Below, piece by piece: positions 15,479-24,776 of a stretch of 33,181 nt of DNA (positions are counted from its first letter, which is position 1; the number at the start of each line of letters is the position of its first letter). The stretch spans positions 1-33,181 of the IMG/VR virus record IMGVR_UViG_3300017763_000088. One strand, 5' to 3'. The notes under the pieces were generated by a model. That model ran no database searches. It worked only from the letters and a program-made list of their open reading frames with translations, and was not told the DNA's origin. Origin of the DNA: a virus (lineage: Duplodnaviria > Caudoviricetes). The translations under genes and the position numbers were made by a program.

Positions 15479-17218
15479 TTATTGTGATGATAATACATAA
15501 TTTGATGATACTGAAAATAGCTGTTTAGCTCCTCCAACATCTGTGCTAGTATCTATTGACATTTTAACTGTCATTATATAGCCTTTTACACCGCTAACAC
15601 TGTTTCCAAATATAACCTCTCCTGGTCTAGCAACACTAGAGTTTATTAAATTAGCAACATAATCATTTTCTTTTCTATCAAAACCAACTCTAAATATAGG
15701 TTCTGTTAAAGCAGCAGGATATACATTTCCAGCACTATCATATTGACCTTCAACAAAGCTTTTTATAGAAGCTGTAGTGTCTTGATATTGATTAAAAGAA
15801 CCAGTATTTTTTACTTGATCAAAACCTTCAAAGTCTGATACATAGCTATCAACTTCCCAGCCACTGTTACCTTCGTATGAAATAGTATTAAAGTTTTTTA
15901 CTATAGTAGGGTTAGGGTTAAATATAAATCTAACAAAAGAATCGTCAGGAGTAGTAGCACCATAAAACTTGCCTCTATTGTTAGAAACGCTTTCGTCATA
16001 ATGTTGATAAATGTTGCTATTAATAAAAGTATAAAAATTATTTTTTAAACTACCCATAAAAACAGGCTTGTAACTATAAAAGCTAGTCCAGCCTTTTACT
16101 TGCTCATCAAAGCCTAAAGTATCAAAAGTACTATCAGATGTAGATATAATTCTTGGCTTTGTTTGCATTGACAAAGTATAAGCTGATTGATGCGCATCCC
16201 ATGATCCTAATATAACTCCTTTTCTGTAAGTTACAAAATTAACAGTAAAATAAGTACCAACAGAACCAAAGTCAAACGTTCCGCTTAATGTGGCTTGACT
16301 GACACTAACAATATCTGTTACATAAAGATTAGTAGAAGTAACAACACCTCCACTAGTAACAACCTCAACCATAGCTCCAATCTCAACGTTTGCTGTTCCA
16401 CCTCCAACACCGCCAACATAAATCTGGTCAATAACTCCAGTGGTTAAAGCTCCAATATTGGAAGTTATAACTTGTCTTTGTGGCGTATCTGATATTTGAG
16501 CTAAGGTGTCTCTAAAATAATCTTTCATACCATAGCCTGATATTTCTGTTATACCGTCTCTAGAGAGTCTAAGAATTGAAGCTCTATCTTTATCTGCAAA
16601 ATATTTTCTATATCCGTATTCAGCAAAGCTTTCAGGATTTCTACTTATACCATACTCGCCTAAATAAGGGACATCTTGACCTAACACATTTACATTACCA
16701 GTCTCTAAAGAACCTTGGTCACCTGAATATATAGCATTTTTGTTTATTAAAACCTTACTAACTTTAGATTCTTGAAATACATTTAAATTAGTATCTTCAG
16801 TATATAGTTTTTGTATTGATCCGTTTCTAGGATCTAAGTCTTTTACTAATGGATCTGCTATAGAAAAAACATTAGTTTCATTAAAACCTGTTCTAGTGTT
16901 TAATAGTCCAGAATATATTAAACTATGCTTTCTGTCTTGAGAATCTATATTTTGATTAACTACATATGCCCTAACGCCTAGAGAAATTTGTGCATTATTA
17001 AAACCACCTTTTATTCTTGATTCTTCTAAATAAAAATTGTTAAGTGTTAGCAATGGATATGGTGTAGAATTAAAAGGAAAAGTAGGATACCCACTTGGGT
17101 TCCAAGGTAGTCCAGGCCAAGCATAAGTATAAGTTGGGTTAAAACCACCAGATGCAGTCTTAACTATTCTTTTCAACCAGAAAGAATTAAAATATTTCAC
17201 TCCAATAGTATAACTCAT
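15479..17218 (-). CDS. Tail stabilisation/muzzle-like structural protein, C-terminal-type part (579 aa)
   Basis: Beta-rich sequence with LIYSG..N..TG.N..N.F, GSIQKL, GEYGISRNPESFA.YG...YF.D and GWTSFYSY segments recalled from P22 gp10-like/crAss-like tail proteins; located in the tail block. Confidence 0.65.
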   Translation of the reverse strand: MSYTIGVKYFNSFWLKRIVKTASGGFNPTYTYAWPGLPWNPSGYPTFPFNSTPYPLLTLNNFYLEESRIKGGFNNAQISLGVRAYVVNQNIDSQDRKHSLIYSGLLNTRTGFNETNVFSIADPLVKDLDPRNGSIQKLYTEDTNLNVFQESKVSKVLINKNAIYSGDQGSLETGNVNVLGQDVPYLGEYGISRNPESFAEYGYRKYFADKDRASILRLSRDGITEISGYGMKDYFRDTLAQISDTPQRQVITSNIGALTTGVIDQIYVGGVGGGTANVEIGAMVEVVTSGGVVTSTNLYVTDIVSVSQATLSGTFDFGSVGTYFTVNFVTYRKGVILGSWDAHQSAYTLSMQTKPRIISTSDSTFDTLGFDEQVKGWTSFYSYKPVFMGSLKNNFYTFINSNIYQHYDESVSNNRGKFYGATTPDDSFVRFIFNPNPTIVKNFNTISYEGNSGWEVDSYVSDFEGFDQVKNTGSFNQYQDTTASIKSFVEGQYDSAGNVYPAALTEPIFRVGFDRKENDYVANLINSSVARPGEVIFGNSVSGVKGYIMTVKMSIDTSTDVGGAKQLFSVSSNYVLSSQ

Positions 17219-17227
17219 ATTATAAAT

Positions 17228-17237
17228 ATTACTTGTT
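17228..17237 (-). promoter_or_regulatory. AACAAGTAAT intergenic motif (copy 1 of AACAAGTRAT)
   Basis: 9/10 identical to the motif at 24767-24776; both lie on the coding strand at gene junctions. Confidence 0.35.
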
Positions 17238-17253
17238 TTTTTTAATTATTACA

Positions 17254-20200
17254 CTAACTCATCAATGTAACCTCTTGTTCACATGACGCTGTTAAAGCTC
17301 CACCATCTGTCACTACGAGTTCAATCCTATGTGGCCCACTGCCAAGATCTCCATAAGCGTTTTTCTCTATAAATAATTTTCCACCAGTAGACCCAGAAGC
17401 TGTCACGTAGTCTGTAGTAAAATAATTTTTTGCGTTTGGAGCTGGACTTGATAAAATATTTATTTTAATTGATAAATCTTTTCCTCTATCAACACTAATA
17501 CCATTAGTCCCATTTGCTACATCAAAATTAAAACCTATTTGCTGAGAACTAGTAGTGGCATAAACCTCAAAAGCACCACTACAACCACTAGTAGTCACAT
17601 TTATATTTGGACCATAAGTACTAGTTGCTATTGTAGGAGCTAGATTAGTTAAAGGAAAAGTAGGTTGAGATGGTAGCGTACCTGGAACCAAACTTGGTGA
17701 AGCTTGTAAATTTAAATCAGTAGTTATTAAGGTTCCAGAAGTGTTATAATCAAAAGCAGGAGCTACAACTCTTATAGTGAAATTATAAATATCTTCTAAA
17801 GCAGAGTTATATCCAAAGTATTTATAAGTGGTGTTTTGTATTTTATAAGCGCCAGGAGATCCAGGAACTGGTAACAAAGCAAAATCACTAGTCATGTTAA
17901 TAGGTGTAGATGCTGAATTTTCAGCTCTTATTAAAATCATTGTTGGATTTATAGGTGCAAAAGTTCCTAAAGCAGTGCTTATTGGATTTCCATTAACATC
18001 GGTTGCGTAAAAAAAGCATAAATCGTCATTTTTGTTGTTGCTTTCTAAAAAGCCCCATGCTATGCTGTATGCTCCACCTGCATAATCAGACATACCTCTA
18101 AAACCATAAGGTGTATATTGATCATTAGCAACTATGTTAGCATTTAAATCTGATATTTTACCAGACGTAGATGTTTCCCAATATATATCTAGTTTAGAAT
18201 CTAAAGGATTTGTTTCAAAACATGAAAATATAGGTGTCATAGCAAGTGGGTCATTTAATCCTGGAGTCGCCGGGTGAGTTCCTATAGCCTTTCTAGTTAC
18301 TTTTACACGAAAATTAGCACTCGTAGTTCCTGCAGCTTCTATTGTTGCAGTAGCTTCAATACTACTATTTAATGCTATACCTGCGTTGTCCCAAGGACCT
18401 CCTTCATTACTTATAATAACATGATTAACAGCAATATTTCCTGTACCATCATTTTTAGCTGTAAATGTTACTTGTATTCCTCTATTTTTAAATTTTAAAT
18501 CAGTTGCAGTTGTCCCGTTAAAAACAACAGGCACACCAGACCCTCCAGTGCCAGGGTAGCCACCGCCTGAAAAAGTAGCAGTACCAGTGGACCCCATTCC
18601 AATAAACTCCACTACATATTCAGAAGCTTCTGGACTTGGTCCTTTCATCCCGTACAGCTGCATCTCTGGATCTAGTTTTGCACTGAACACATTTAGTCTA
18701 GCTATAAAAGGATTTTGTTCATAATTATAAAAAACAGGTGCTGAATTAAAAGGGTATTTAGCAACGTTACCTACAGCAAATAAACCTAAATCAGATCCAG
18801 TACCTATAGCAGTTACAACTTCCGCCGTTTGACCAGGGTAGTATTGATTACTTGCTATGCCAAGTATAGAGCTAATACCAGTATTTACAACTCTAGCAAA
18901 AAGTTCAACAGAAGCATTGTTCACTTGACTACCTGAATCCAAATCTTTTTCTCTATCTCTAGTTTTTAATAACTGTTCTCCTTCTTCTGAATAAGGATCT
19001 GCTTGAAACAAGTTGCCATTAGTATCAGTAAATTGATAATAATCAGGATCTTCATTAAAAGAAGGTCTTGCTGTTCTGAATAAGTTTTGATTAGGACCTA
19101 CTAAACTAGTATCTTTTGGTATTTTACTCAAGTTATCAGAATGTAAAACAAAGTGAGCAACTGGCTCTTCTAAGCTAGCGGACAAAGGGTTAGCAGTCTC
19201 ACCATCTATATAGCCATTTAAAACACCTGGACAGTAAACATTATAATAGTCGACTTGAGTTTGCTTTACTACAATCTTGTAACTATACCAGCCAGTAGGG
19301 TTAGTAGCGCTAAAAAGACCCGGTGTTCCAGTAGTACTATTAAAATTAGAACTTATTGTTTCATTAAATTTTACTTGCAATTGATCGCCAGGCCAAGTAT
19401 CGCCAGCACCTGAAAATAAGTTATTAGTAACAGGTGAAGCAGGATCAGTAGGGCTAGAATAGTAACTAAAAGTTTTTGCAGTCTGCACCGCTCCTCCAGA
19501 AGGATTACCTGGTAAATCACCACTTTTGTAAGGATTAAATATTGTAGATCCTTTTAGTATTGCGTTTTGAGAGTTTCCGTCTACTGTAGATAGTATAGCA
19601 TCAGATTGTCTACCATATTTGTCTGATAAGACTAAAGCTACTTGATAATTTCTATTTTGCTTAAGAGTATGGTTCTGATACTCTCTTCTAACGTAACTAT
19701 ATTCTACAGCTCCTGTTCCAGACTCTTCTACTTTAAAACCTGTTTGAGTATTGTAATTTATACTTGAAGGTGGAGTATGTTTGTCAACTAAATTACCAAA
19801 TACTATTCTATTACCTACTGCTTCTTGTGCCAGTGCTCTAACCGGCACTTGATCAGAAACTCTTAATAAGTCTCTTGTTGGTAGAGTTTTAAAAGGTTTT
19901 TTAGCTTGGTATTCGTAAATAAATACAGTAGTGTTATTAGATATTAAAGAATTAGCATTTACTGTTTCAATAACTTTCAATGTAGTCTGACTATCATCTT
20001 TAAATACTATATCTATGGAAGAAATTCTTAAATCGTCTAAAGCATTACTCCAGCTAGTACTTTCAGCAGGCACTGGTATTAATAATTTTATATTATTAAC
20101 TTTATTTTGCATAAACTCTACTTCTGTACTTTTATAAGTTTTTTCAGTATCTTTATCTATAAAATAACCATCTTGCTGTGGAATAAAACAAGCTTGAGTA

Positions 20201-21168
20201 AAAGGTGATATTAAAGAATATTCTCCATCATCGTATTGAAATCTATACGCAAATCTTATAAATTTGTCTCTTAAATAGTTTTTGTCTCCAGGCCAATTAG
20301 GATTATAATAAGGATTTGGTGTAGTTCCGTCTGGAAGAAACTCTGAAGTAACATCTTGCATTGTTGATACTTCTTCAACAACAAGAGTGTATATTGGCCC
20401 TGTGCCAGAACCAGTTCTTTGTACAGGCACTATAATGTCACCGTTAGTGTATCCAAAACCAGTATTATTTATTTCTATACCTCCTGTAGAACTTGTTATG
20501 TTTACTGTGAGCCCAGAACCAGTGCCACCAGTCGTTTGTAAGTTGGTGTCAGGAACATAACCAGATCCTGTTGGTCCACTTACACTTATGTTTGTAACAA
20601 AACCACCTACTAATGATATAGGTTCGTAAGGATAATACTTAGATAAAGATATTTGATCTTCATTAGTATAATACGTTGGATCTCCCAACGCTCTACTTAC
20701 ATTTATTTTTCTAGGTTGGTTTCTATTGTCTGTAAAAAATAAGCTTTGATTAATAAGATTTACACCTAAAATAGAATGTGTTTTTGAGAAGTTTAAAAAG
20801 CTTCCGCTTACTAATATACTAGCTAAACTATTGTTTATATTATAAAGACATATATAACACTGTGTTGCTGCTGGAGCAAATCTAGACAATTGATCACTAG
20901 AGTTATCAACATAGTTAGTCATAAATAAAAATATTCTATTATTATTTATATCCATGAAAAAACCAATTACATCTATATTTGTAGAAGTTAAACCAAAATC
21001 AGTTAAAGATATATTACCTAATATATTCTCTAATGATCCTACGTCTGCACCTTCAGATTTACTTACAGAAACGTTTAAAGCTTCTCTATATTCTCCTGGA
21101 GGTACAAGCCTGGCGTCTAAGTCTCTATTCATTTTAGACTTGATAAAACTATTTCTTGATTCAGCCAT
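17254..21168 (-). CDS. Large tail structural protein (1304 aa), stabilisation/muzzle N-terminal-type part with probable C-terminal Ig-like domains
   Basis: N-terminus KMNRDLDARLVPPGEYREALNV...G.LEN..GN, LFFTDNRNQPRKINV and RFAYRFQYDDGEYS..SPF are recalled from crAss-like tail proteins; the remainder is T/G/S-rich beta sequence. Confidence 0.68.
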   Translation of the reverse strand: MAESRNSFIKSKMNRDLDARLVPPGEYREALNVSVSKSEGADVGSLENILGNISLTDFGLTSTNIDVIGFFMDINNNRIFLFMTNYVDNSSDQLSRFAPAATQCYICLYNINNSLASILVSGSFLNFSKTHSILGVNLINQSLFFTDNRNQPRKINVSRALGDPTYYTNEDQISLSKYYPYEPISLVGGFVTNISVSGPTGSGYVPDTNLQTTGGTGSGLTVNITSSTGGIEINNTGFGYTNGDIIVPVQRTGSGTGPIYTLVVEEVSTMQDVTSEFLPDGTTPNPYYNPNWPGDKNYLRDKFIRFAYRFQYDDGEYSLISPFTQACFIPQQDGYFIDKDTEKTYKSTEVEFMQNKVNNIKLLIPVPAESTSWSNALDDLRISSIDIVFKDDSQTTLKVIETVNANSLISNNTTVFIYEYQAKKPFKTLPTRDLLRVSDQVPVRALAQEAVGNRIVFGNLVDKHTPPSSINYNTQTGFKVEESGTGAVEYSYVRREYQNHTLKQNRNYQVALVLSDKYGRQSDAILSTVDGNSQNAILKGSTIFNPYKSGDLPGNPSGGAVQTAKTFSYYSSPTDPASPVTNNLFSGAGDTWPGDQLQVKFNETISSNFNSTTGTPGLFSATNPTGWYSYKIVVKQTQVDYYNVYCPGVLNGYIDGETANPLSASLEEPVAHFVLHSDNLSKIPKDTSLVGPNQNLFRTARPSFNEDPDYYQFTDTNGNLFQADPYSEEGEQLLKTRDREKDLDSGSQVNNASVELFARVVNTGISSILGIASNQYYPGQTAEVVTAIGTGSDLGLFAVGNVAKYPFNSAPVFYNYEQNPFIARLNVFSAKLDPEMQLYGMKGPSPEASEYVVEFIGMGSTGTATFSGGGYPGTGGSGVPVVFNGTTATDLKFKNRGIQVTFTAKNDGTGNIAVNHVIISNEGGPWDNAGIALNSSIEATATIEAAGTTSANFRVKVTRKAIGTHPATPGLNDPLAMTPIFSCFETNPLDSKLDIYWETSTSGKISDLNANIVANDQYTPYGFRGMSDYAGGAYSIAWGFLESNNKNDDLCFFYATDVNGNPISTALGTFAPINPTMILIRAENSASTPINMTSDFALLPVPGSPGAYKIQNTTYKYFGYNSALEDIYNFTIRVVAPAFDYNTSGTLITTDLNLQASPSLVPGTLPSQPTFPLTNLAPTIATSTYGPNINVTTSGCSGAFEVYATTSSQQIGFNFDVANGTNGISVDRGKDLSIKINILSSPAPNAKNYFTTDYVTASGSTGGKLFIEKNAYGDLGSGPHRIELVVTDGGALTASCEQEVTLMS

Positions 21169-21172
21169 TTAA

Positions 21173-22333
21173 TTAATGTTTAATCCATTTAGATTTTCCT
21201 CTAAAAACTTGAGCAAACTCTGATAATTTTATATTTGATAATCTTATTTTTGCATTTCTTAACTTTGCAGATCTTTCTCTTTTGTATCTTAAAACTATGT
21301 ATTCTGGAACATTTGGCTTTGTTGATAGTATAGAATGATTAATATGCGCATACAATGCATCTTCCGCCATCTTAGGTATCTTAGAATCAACGTCATAAGC
21401 TAAACCATCAGATATATATTCTAAAATTATTAATTTATTAGCTAAGTTGCTAGAAAAAGTAAATTTACCTTCTCTTTCATTTATTTGAAACCATCCATTT
21501 GATTGGCTAGTTTGAGGGTCTAAACCATACCTCTGCCCATAAGCTAATTTTTCCCAACCCCAATCATATACACCTTCATTATACATTTGATCTGTGTAAG
21601 CTCCTGATATTTTGTTATCATTAGCAGTATTCCACTTTTCTTCTACTAAAGATTGATCTGCATCAATATTTTCACCAAATGAGTCTTGTGCTGGTATTCC
21701 TGATTGGTCTTGTATAGGTAAAGTAAATGGTGATGATGTTAAGTTATTAACTGGATATATTATATGTTGAACTCCATTATTATCTATCCAAGAGCACCTA
21801 ACATAATTAACATAGTCTTGAGGTATTGGAACACCTAAACTAGGTGGTATCGTAAGCTCTTGTGATTTAATACTTTTTAAAGTATCAAAACTAAACTCTT
21901 GTAAACCTCTTTTAGCATGAAACATTACATCAGTTCTTTTAATCTTAGTAATTAACTTATCTTCGCCTACATAAGCCACTAAAAAATTATTTATAACATT
22001 GTCTAATGTAGTATACTCATAGCCACCGTAGTTTTCATTTATAGCAGGTTGTTTTAGTTCTATTAAAATAGAAGCAGCTGTAATAGTACCCTTAAGCTCT
22101 ATTATATTATTAAATGGATCTAAAACGTAGGATAAATTTTCACTTTGAGCGACTCCATCTAAGTATATAGTATAATTTGAAGCTGAGCTTAACTGAACGC
22201 CAAGTTTGTCAAAAGCACTAACAACGTCAACCCCAAAAGTGCATTTGAAAGATGGATTAACTACAGCAGTAACACCAGGAAAAGTTTGTTGACCTGAGTA
22301 GTATTGAGCGTTGTTTTCAGTTACTAGTCCCAT
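21173..22333 (-). CDS. Head-tail ring/adaptor-like structural protein B' (386 aa)
   Basis: Lies between capsid and tail genes and contains PQDYVNYVR; clear paralog of 23123-23707. Confidence 0.62.
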   Translation of the reverse strand: MGLVTENNAQYYSGQQTFPGVTAVVNPSFKCTFGVDVVSAFDKLGVQLSSASNYTIYLDGVAQSENLSYVLDPFNNIIELKGTITAASILIELKQPAINENYGGYEYTTLDNVINNFLVAYVGEDKLITKIKRTDVMFHAKRGLQEFSFDTLKSIKSQELTIPPSLGVPIPQDYVNYVRCSWIDNNGVQHIIYPVNNLTSSPFTLPIQDQSGIPAQDSFGENIDADQSLVEEKWNTANDNKISGAYTDQMYNEGVYDWGWEKLAYGQRYGLDPQTSQSNGWFQINEREGKFTFSSNLANKLIILEYISDGLAYDVDSKIPKMAEDALYAHINHSILSTKPNVPEYIVLRYKRERSAKLRNAKIRLSNIKLSEFAQVFRGKSKWIKH

Positions 22334-22357
22334 ATTTTGTATTTTTTAATTTTAAAT

Positions 22358-23113
22358 TTATTCTTGTGCTAGCTCTTGAGATGCTACTTGAACTATTTGT
22401 GGATCTCTTATAACTACTCCAGCATATTTAAGTATCTCTAATATAAGCTCTGTCTGATCATTGCTACTTATTTCAAAATCTACTGATGTAGTATTATCAT
22501 ATATGTAAGCGCCTACACTATTGACAGTAAAGCCCCAAACTGGATTAACTGGTTTTCTTAAAAAAGTTGTTTCTACATTTGCTGTAATAGTAGTTGGCTT
22601 AACAAATATTGCGTTAACGCCTTCATACAGATACACAGGGTAGTTTTCACTAGGTGTTGTTAAATCTGATCTATCTATATTATAAAAATAATCTCTTTGT
22701 ATTCTTTCTATTTCCACAGGCTTAACACCAGTAGTAGCACTATCAAAAGTAACAGTTCCTAACCTGTAAAAAGCAAACTCAGTAGAAGAAGGTTGATCAT
22801 TATATACTATAGTTTTACCTGTTAATGTATCTGTAGTTGGCAAGTTAAACTTACCTGCCGTTCCTCCAGTGCAAGCACCAAAACATTTAAATGTAGATAA
22901 TCCATCATCTATATTACTTAGAGGATTAGAATAATCAAATTCATTTTGAGGTATTCTTAGTTGTCCATCTAAATCAGTAAAGTATTTTTCAAATATATCT
23001 AACTGTGATTGCGTAGCAGCTTTATTAAATTCATATGGTGTTAAATAACCACGTTGCTCTTTATTAAGTATACTTAATACAGTTGTGTAGACTGTGTTTA
23101 CGTTAATAGCCAT
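22358..23113 (-). CDS. Head-tail ring/adaptor-like structural protein A' (251 aa)
   Basis: INVNTVYTTVLSILNKEQRGYLTPYEFN N-terminus and EILKYAGV C-terminus; paralog of 23713-24708. Confidence 0.62.
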   Translation of the reverse strand: MAINVNTVYTTVLSILNKEQRGYLTPYEFNKAATQSQLDIFEKYFTDLDGQLRIPQNEFDYSNPLSNIDDGLSTFKCFGACTGGTAGKFNLPTTDTLTGKTIVYNDQPSSTEFAFYRLGTVTFDSATTGVKPVEIERIQRDYFYNIDRSDLTTPSENYPVYLYEGVNAIFVKPTTITANVETTFLRKPVNPVWGFTVNSVGAYIYDNTTSVDFEISSNDQTELILEILKYAGVVIRDPQIVQVASQELAQE

Positions 23114-23122
23114 ATTATAGTT

Positions 23123-23707
23123 TTAATCGAAGTTAGTAAATACTAGTCTTGATTTAGCTCTTTCTAGTTTATCTGTTTTTTCTATAAGTAATCTCTGTAA
23201 TACATCTGGTCTAGTTTTTTCTCTATTTGCTAATATAGCATATATCATACATGCGTATAAAGCTTGTTCTGCCAGCTTAGGTATAGCAGCAGATTCATCT
23301 GTGGTAAGCGCGTTTGATAAATATTTCAAAACCAAATTTCCTTTCGCAACATCTGTTGCGTTAAATTTTATTTGTTTAGTACTATAATCTACGTAATAAA
23401 ATCCAGCAAGAGGAGTAGCATTAGTAGTTTCTTCTAATGTTTCAGCTGGATCATCTACTGTTATAGATATAATAGCGACCATTGAATCTGGAAAATCAAC
23501 TGGAGAAGTAAATGTTGTTTTCTCTTCTATAAATTGACTTTTTAAAGTTTCATATGCAAACTCTTGCAAGCATCGACGAGCATGAAATATAACTTCAGTT
23601 CTTACAGCATCTGGTATTAATTTTCCAGGCCCCGTGTAAGAAATTAAGAAGTTGTTTATAATATCATTTAAAGATATAAAAGCGTTTGATAAAGTTGTTG
23701 TTGCCAT
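23123..23707 (-). CDS. Head-tail ring/adaptor-like structural protein B (194 aa)
   Basis: SLNDIINNFLISYTG..KLI....RTEVIFHARRCLQEFAYETLKS aligns by eye with the 386-aa protein. Confidence 0.6.
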   Translation of the reverse strand: MATTTLSNAFISLNDIINNFLISYTGPGKLIPDAVRTEVIFHARRCLQEFAYETLKSQFIEEKTTFTSPVDFPDSMVAIISITVDDPAETLEETTNATPLAGFYYVDYSTKQIKFNATDVAKGNLVLKYLSNALTTDESAAIPKLAEQALYACMIYAILANREKTRPDVLQRLLIEKTDKLERAKSRLVFTNFD

Positions 23708-23712
23708 AATTT

Positions 23713-24708
23713 TTATTTTTGTCCGTCAATATCTATTTGTTGTTCTTTACCAGCTGCTAATTGCAAAGCAAGTTGATCTCTAGTCATAACGCCAGCATAT
23801 CCTAATATCTTATCTACTAATAAAGGCTCGTCAGATTGGTGTAATTCAAAATTAACTGAGCTTTGTTCGTTGTAAATATAATTACCTAACTCTGTATCAA
23901 TAGTAAAACCCCATTTAACATCTGCTGGGTATTTTAAAAAGTTCAATTGAACATTATTAGTTGAAATAGGTAAAGGATTTGGAAAAATTTGTATTACATT
24001 ATCTTCATAAATGTATACAGGGTATCTTTGAGAAGGTTTAGTCAATGGAGACTGGTTAGTAGTAAAAACTTCGTATTGTTGTATTCTTTGAGCTTCTCTA
24101 CCTTCACTAGCAGGAGTAGCAAAATAAATAACAGAACCTAACTCTTGTACTGCTACAGTAGGCTTTACTCTAGGACCTGAGTTAATATCTGCCAATGTTA
24201 ATGTGCAAACCGCAGAAACACTACCACCAAAAGTGCCCGATGCAAAAGTTATTGTATCACCTGCGTTATAACCTGTTCCTGGATCTGAAATAAATAAAGT
24301 AGTAATACCACTTCCTAAAGTTACAGCCATTTTTACTTTTAAACCTGTTCCAGTTCCTGTTATTGTGACTCCAGTAGAGAAGTTATCATACTCACCTAAA
24401 GCTAACGTAGGAGCAGTAGCGTCTAGGTTAGTACCTAAACTAGTTATTAAATCGCCATATTGCGTTGTTAAAATTTCTGTTCTTTTAAATATTTGTATTT
24501 TTTCGTCTAATAAAGCATATCTATCAGCGTATGCTAGACTTGTTTGAGGTTGTCTCAATAACTGGTTTAGTTCATCAAAATATTCTATGAATATCTCTTG
24601 CTGCGCTTGTGTAGCGACTTTGTTGAACTCAACAGGTGTAAGAACTCCTCTTTTTTCTTGTTGCAGTACTACAAGTACAGACTTATATACCTGATTTATG
24701 TTTATCAT
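23713..24708 (-). CDS. Head-tail ring/adaptor-like structural protein A (331 aa) with an inserted beta module
   Basis: ININQVYKSVLVVLQQEKRGVLTPVEFN and KILGYAGV align with the 251-aa protein; central G/T-rich insertion. Confidence 0.6.
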   Translation of the reverse strand: MININQVYKSVLVVLQQEKRGVLTPVEFNKVATQAQQEIFIEYFDELNQLLRQPQTSLAYADRYALLDEKIQIFKRTEILTTQYGDLITSLGTNLDATAPTLALGEYDNFSTGVTITGTGTGLKVKMAVTLGSGITTLFISDPGTGYNAGDTITFASGTFGGSVSAVCTLTLADINSGPRVKPTVAVQELGSVIYFATPASEGREAQRIQQYEVFTTNQSPLTKPSQRYPVYIYEDNVIQIFPNPLPISTNNVQLNFLKYPADVKWGFTIDTELGNYIYNEQSSVNFELHQSDEPLLVDKILGYAGVMTRDQLALQLAAGKEQQIDIDGQK

Positions 24709-24730
24709 TTTGTTTTGTTTATTTTTTTTT

Positions 24731-24760
24731 AAAAAAAAAGGTGGTGATTAAACCACCTTT
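24731..24760 (-). terminator. Intrinsic terminator after the 261-aa gene
   Basis: Minus strand AAAGGTGGT-ttaatc-ACCACCTTT followed by a long T run. Confidence 0.8.
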
Positions 24761-24766
24761 ATTATA

Positions 24767-24776
24767 ATCACTTGTT
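24767..24776 (-). promoter_or_regulatory. AACAAGTGAT motif (copy 2 of AACAAGTRAT)
   Basis: Overlaps the stop of the 261-aa gene and is followed by TATAAT; matches 17228-17237. Confidence 0.35.

Noticed and set aside
24742-24771. Antiterminator pairing of GTGATTA with TAATCAC in the terminator loop
   Set aside because: Only 7 mostly A-U pairs, overlapping just 2 nt of the GC-rich terminator stem; unlikely to compete and plausible by chance.
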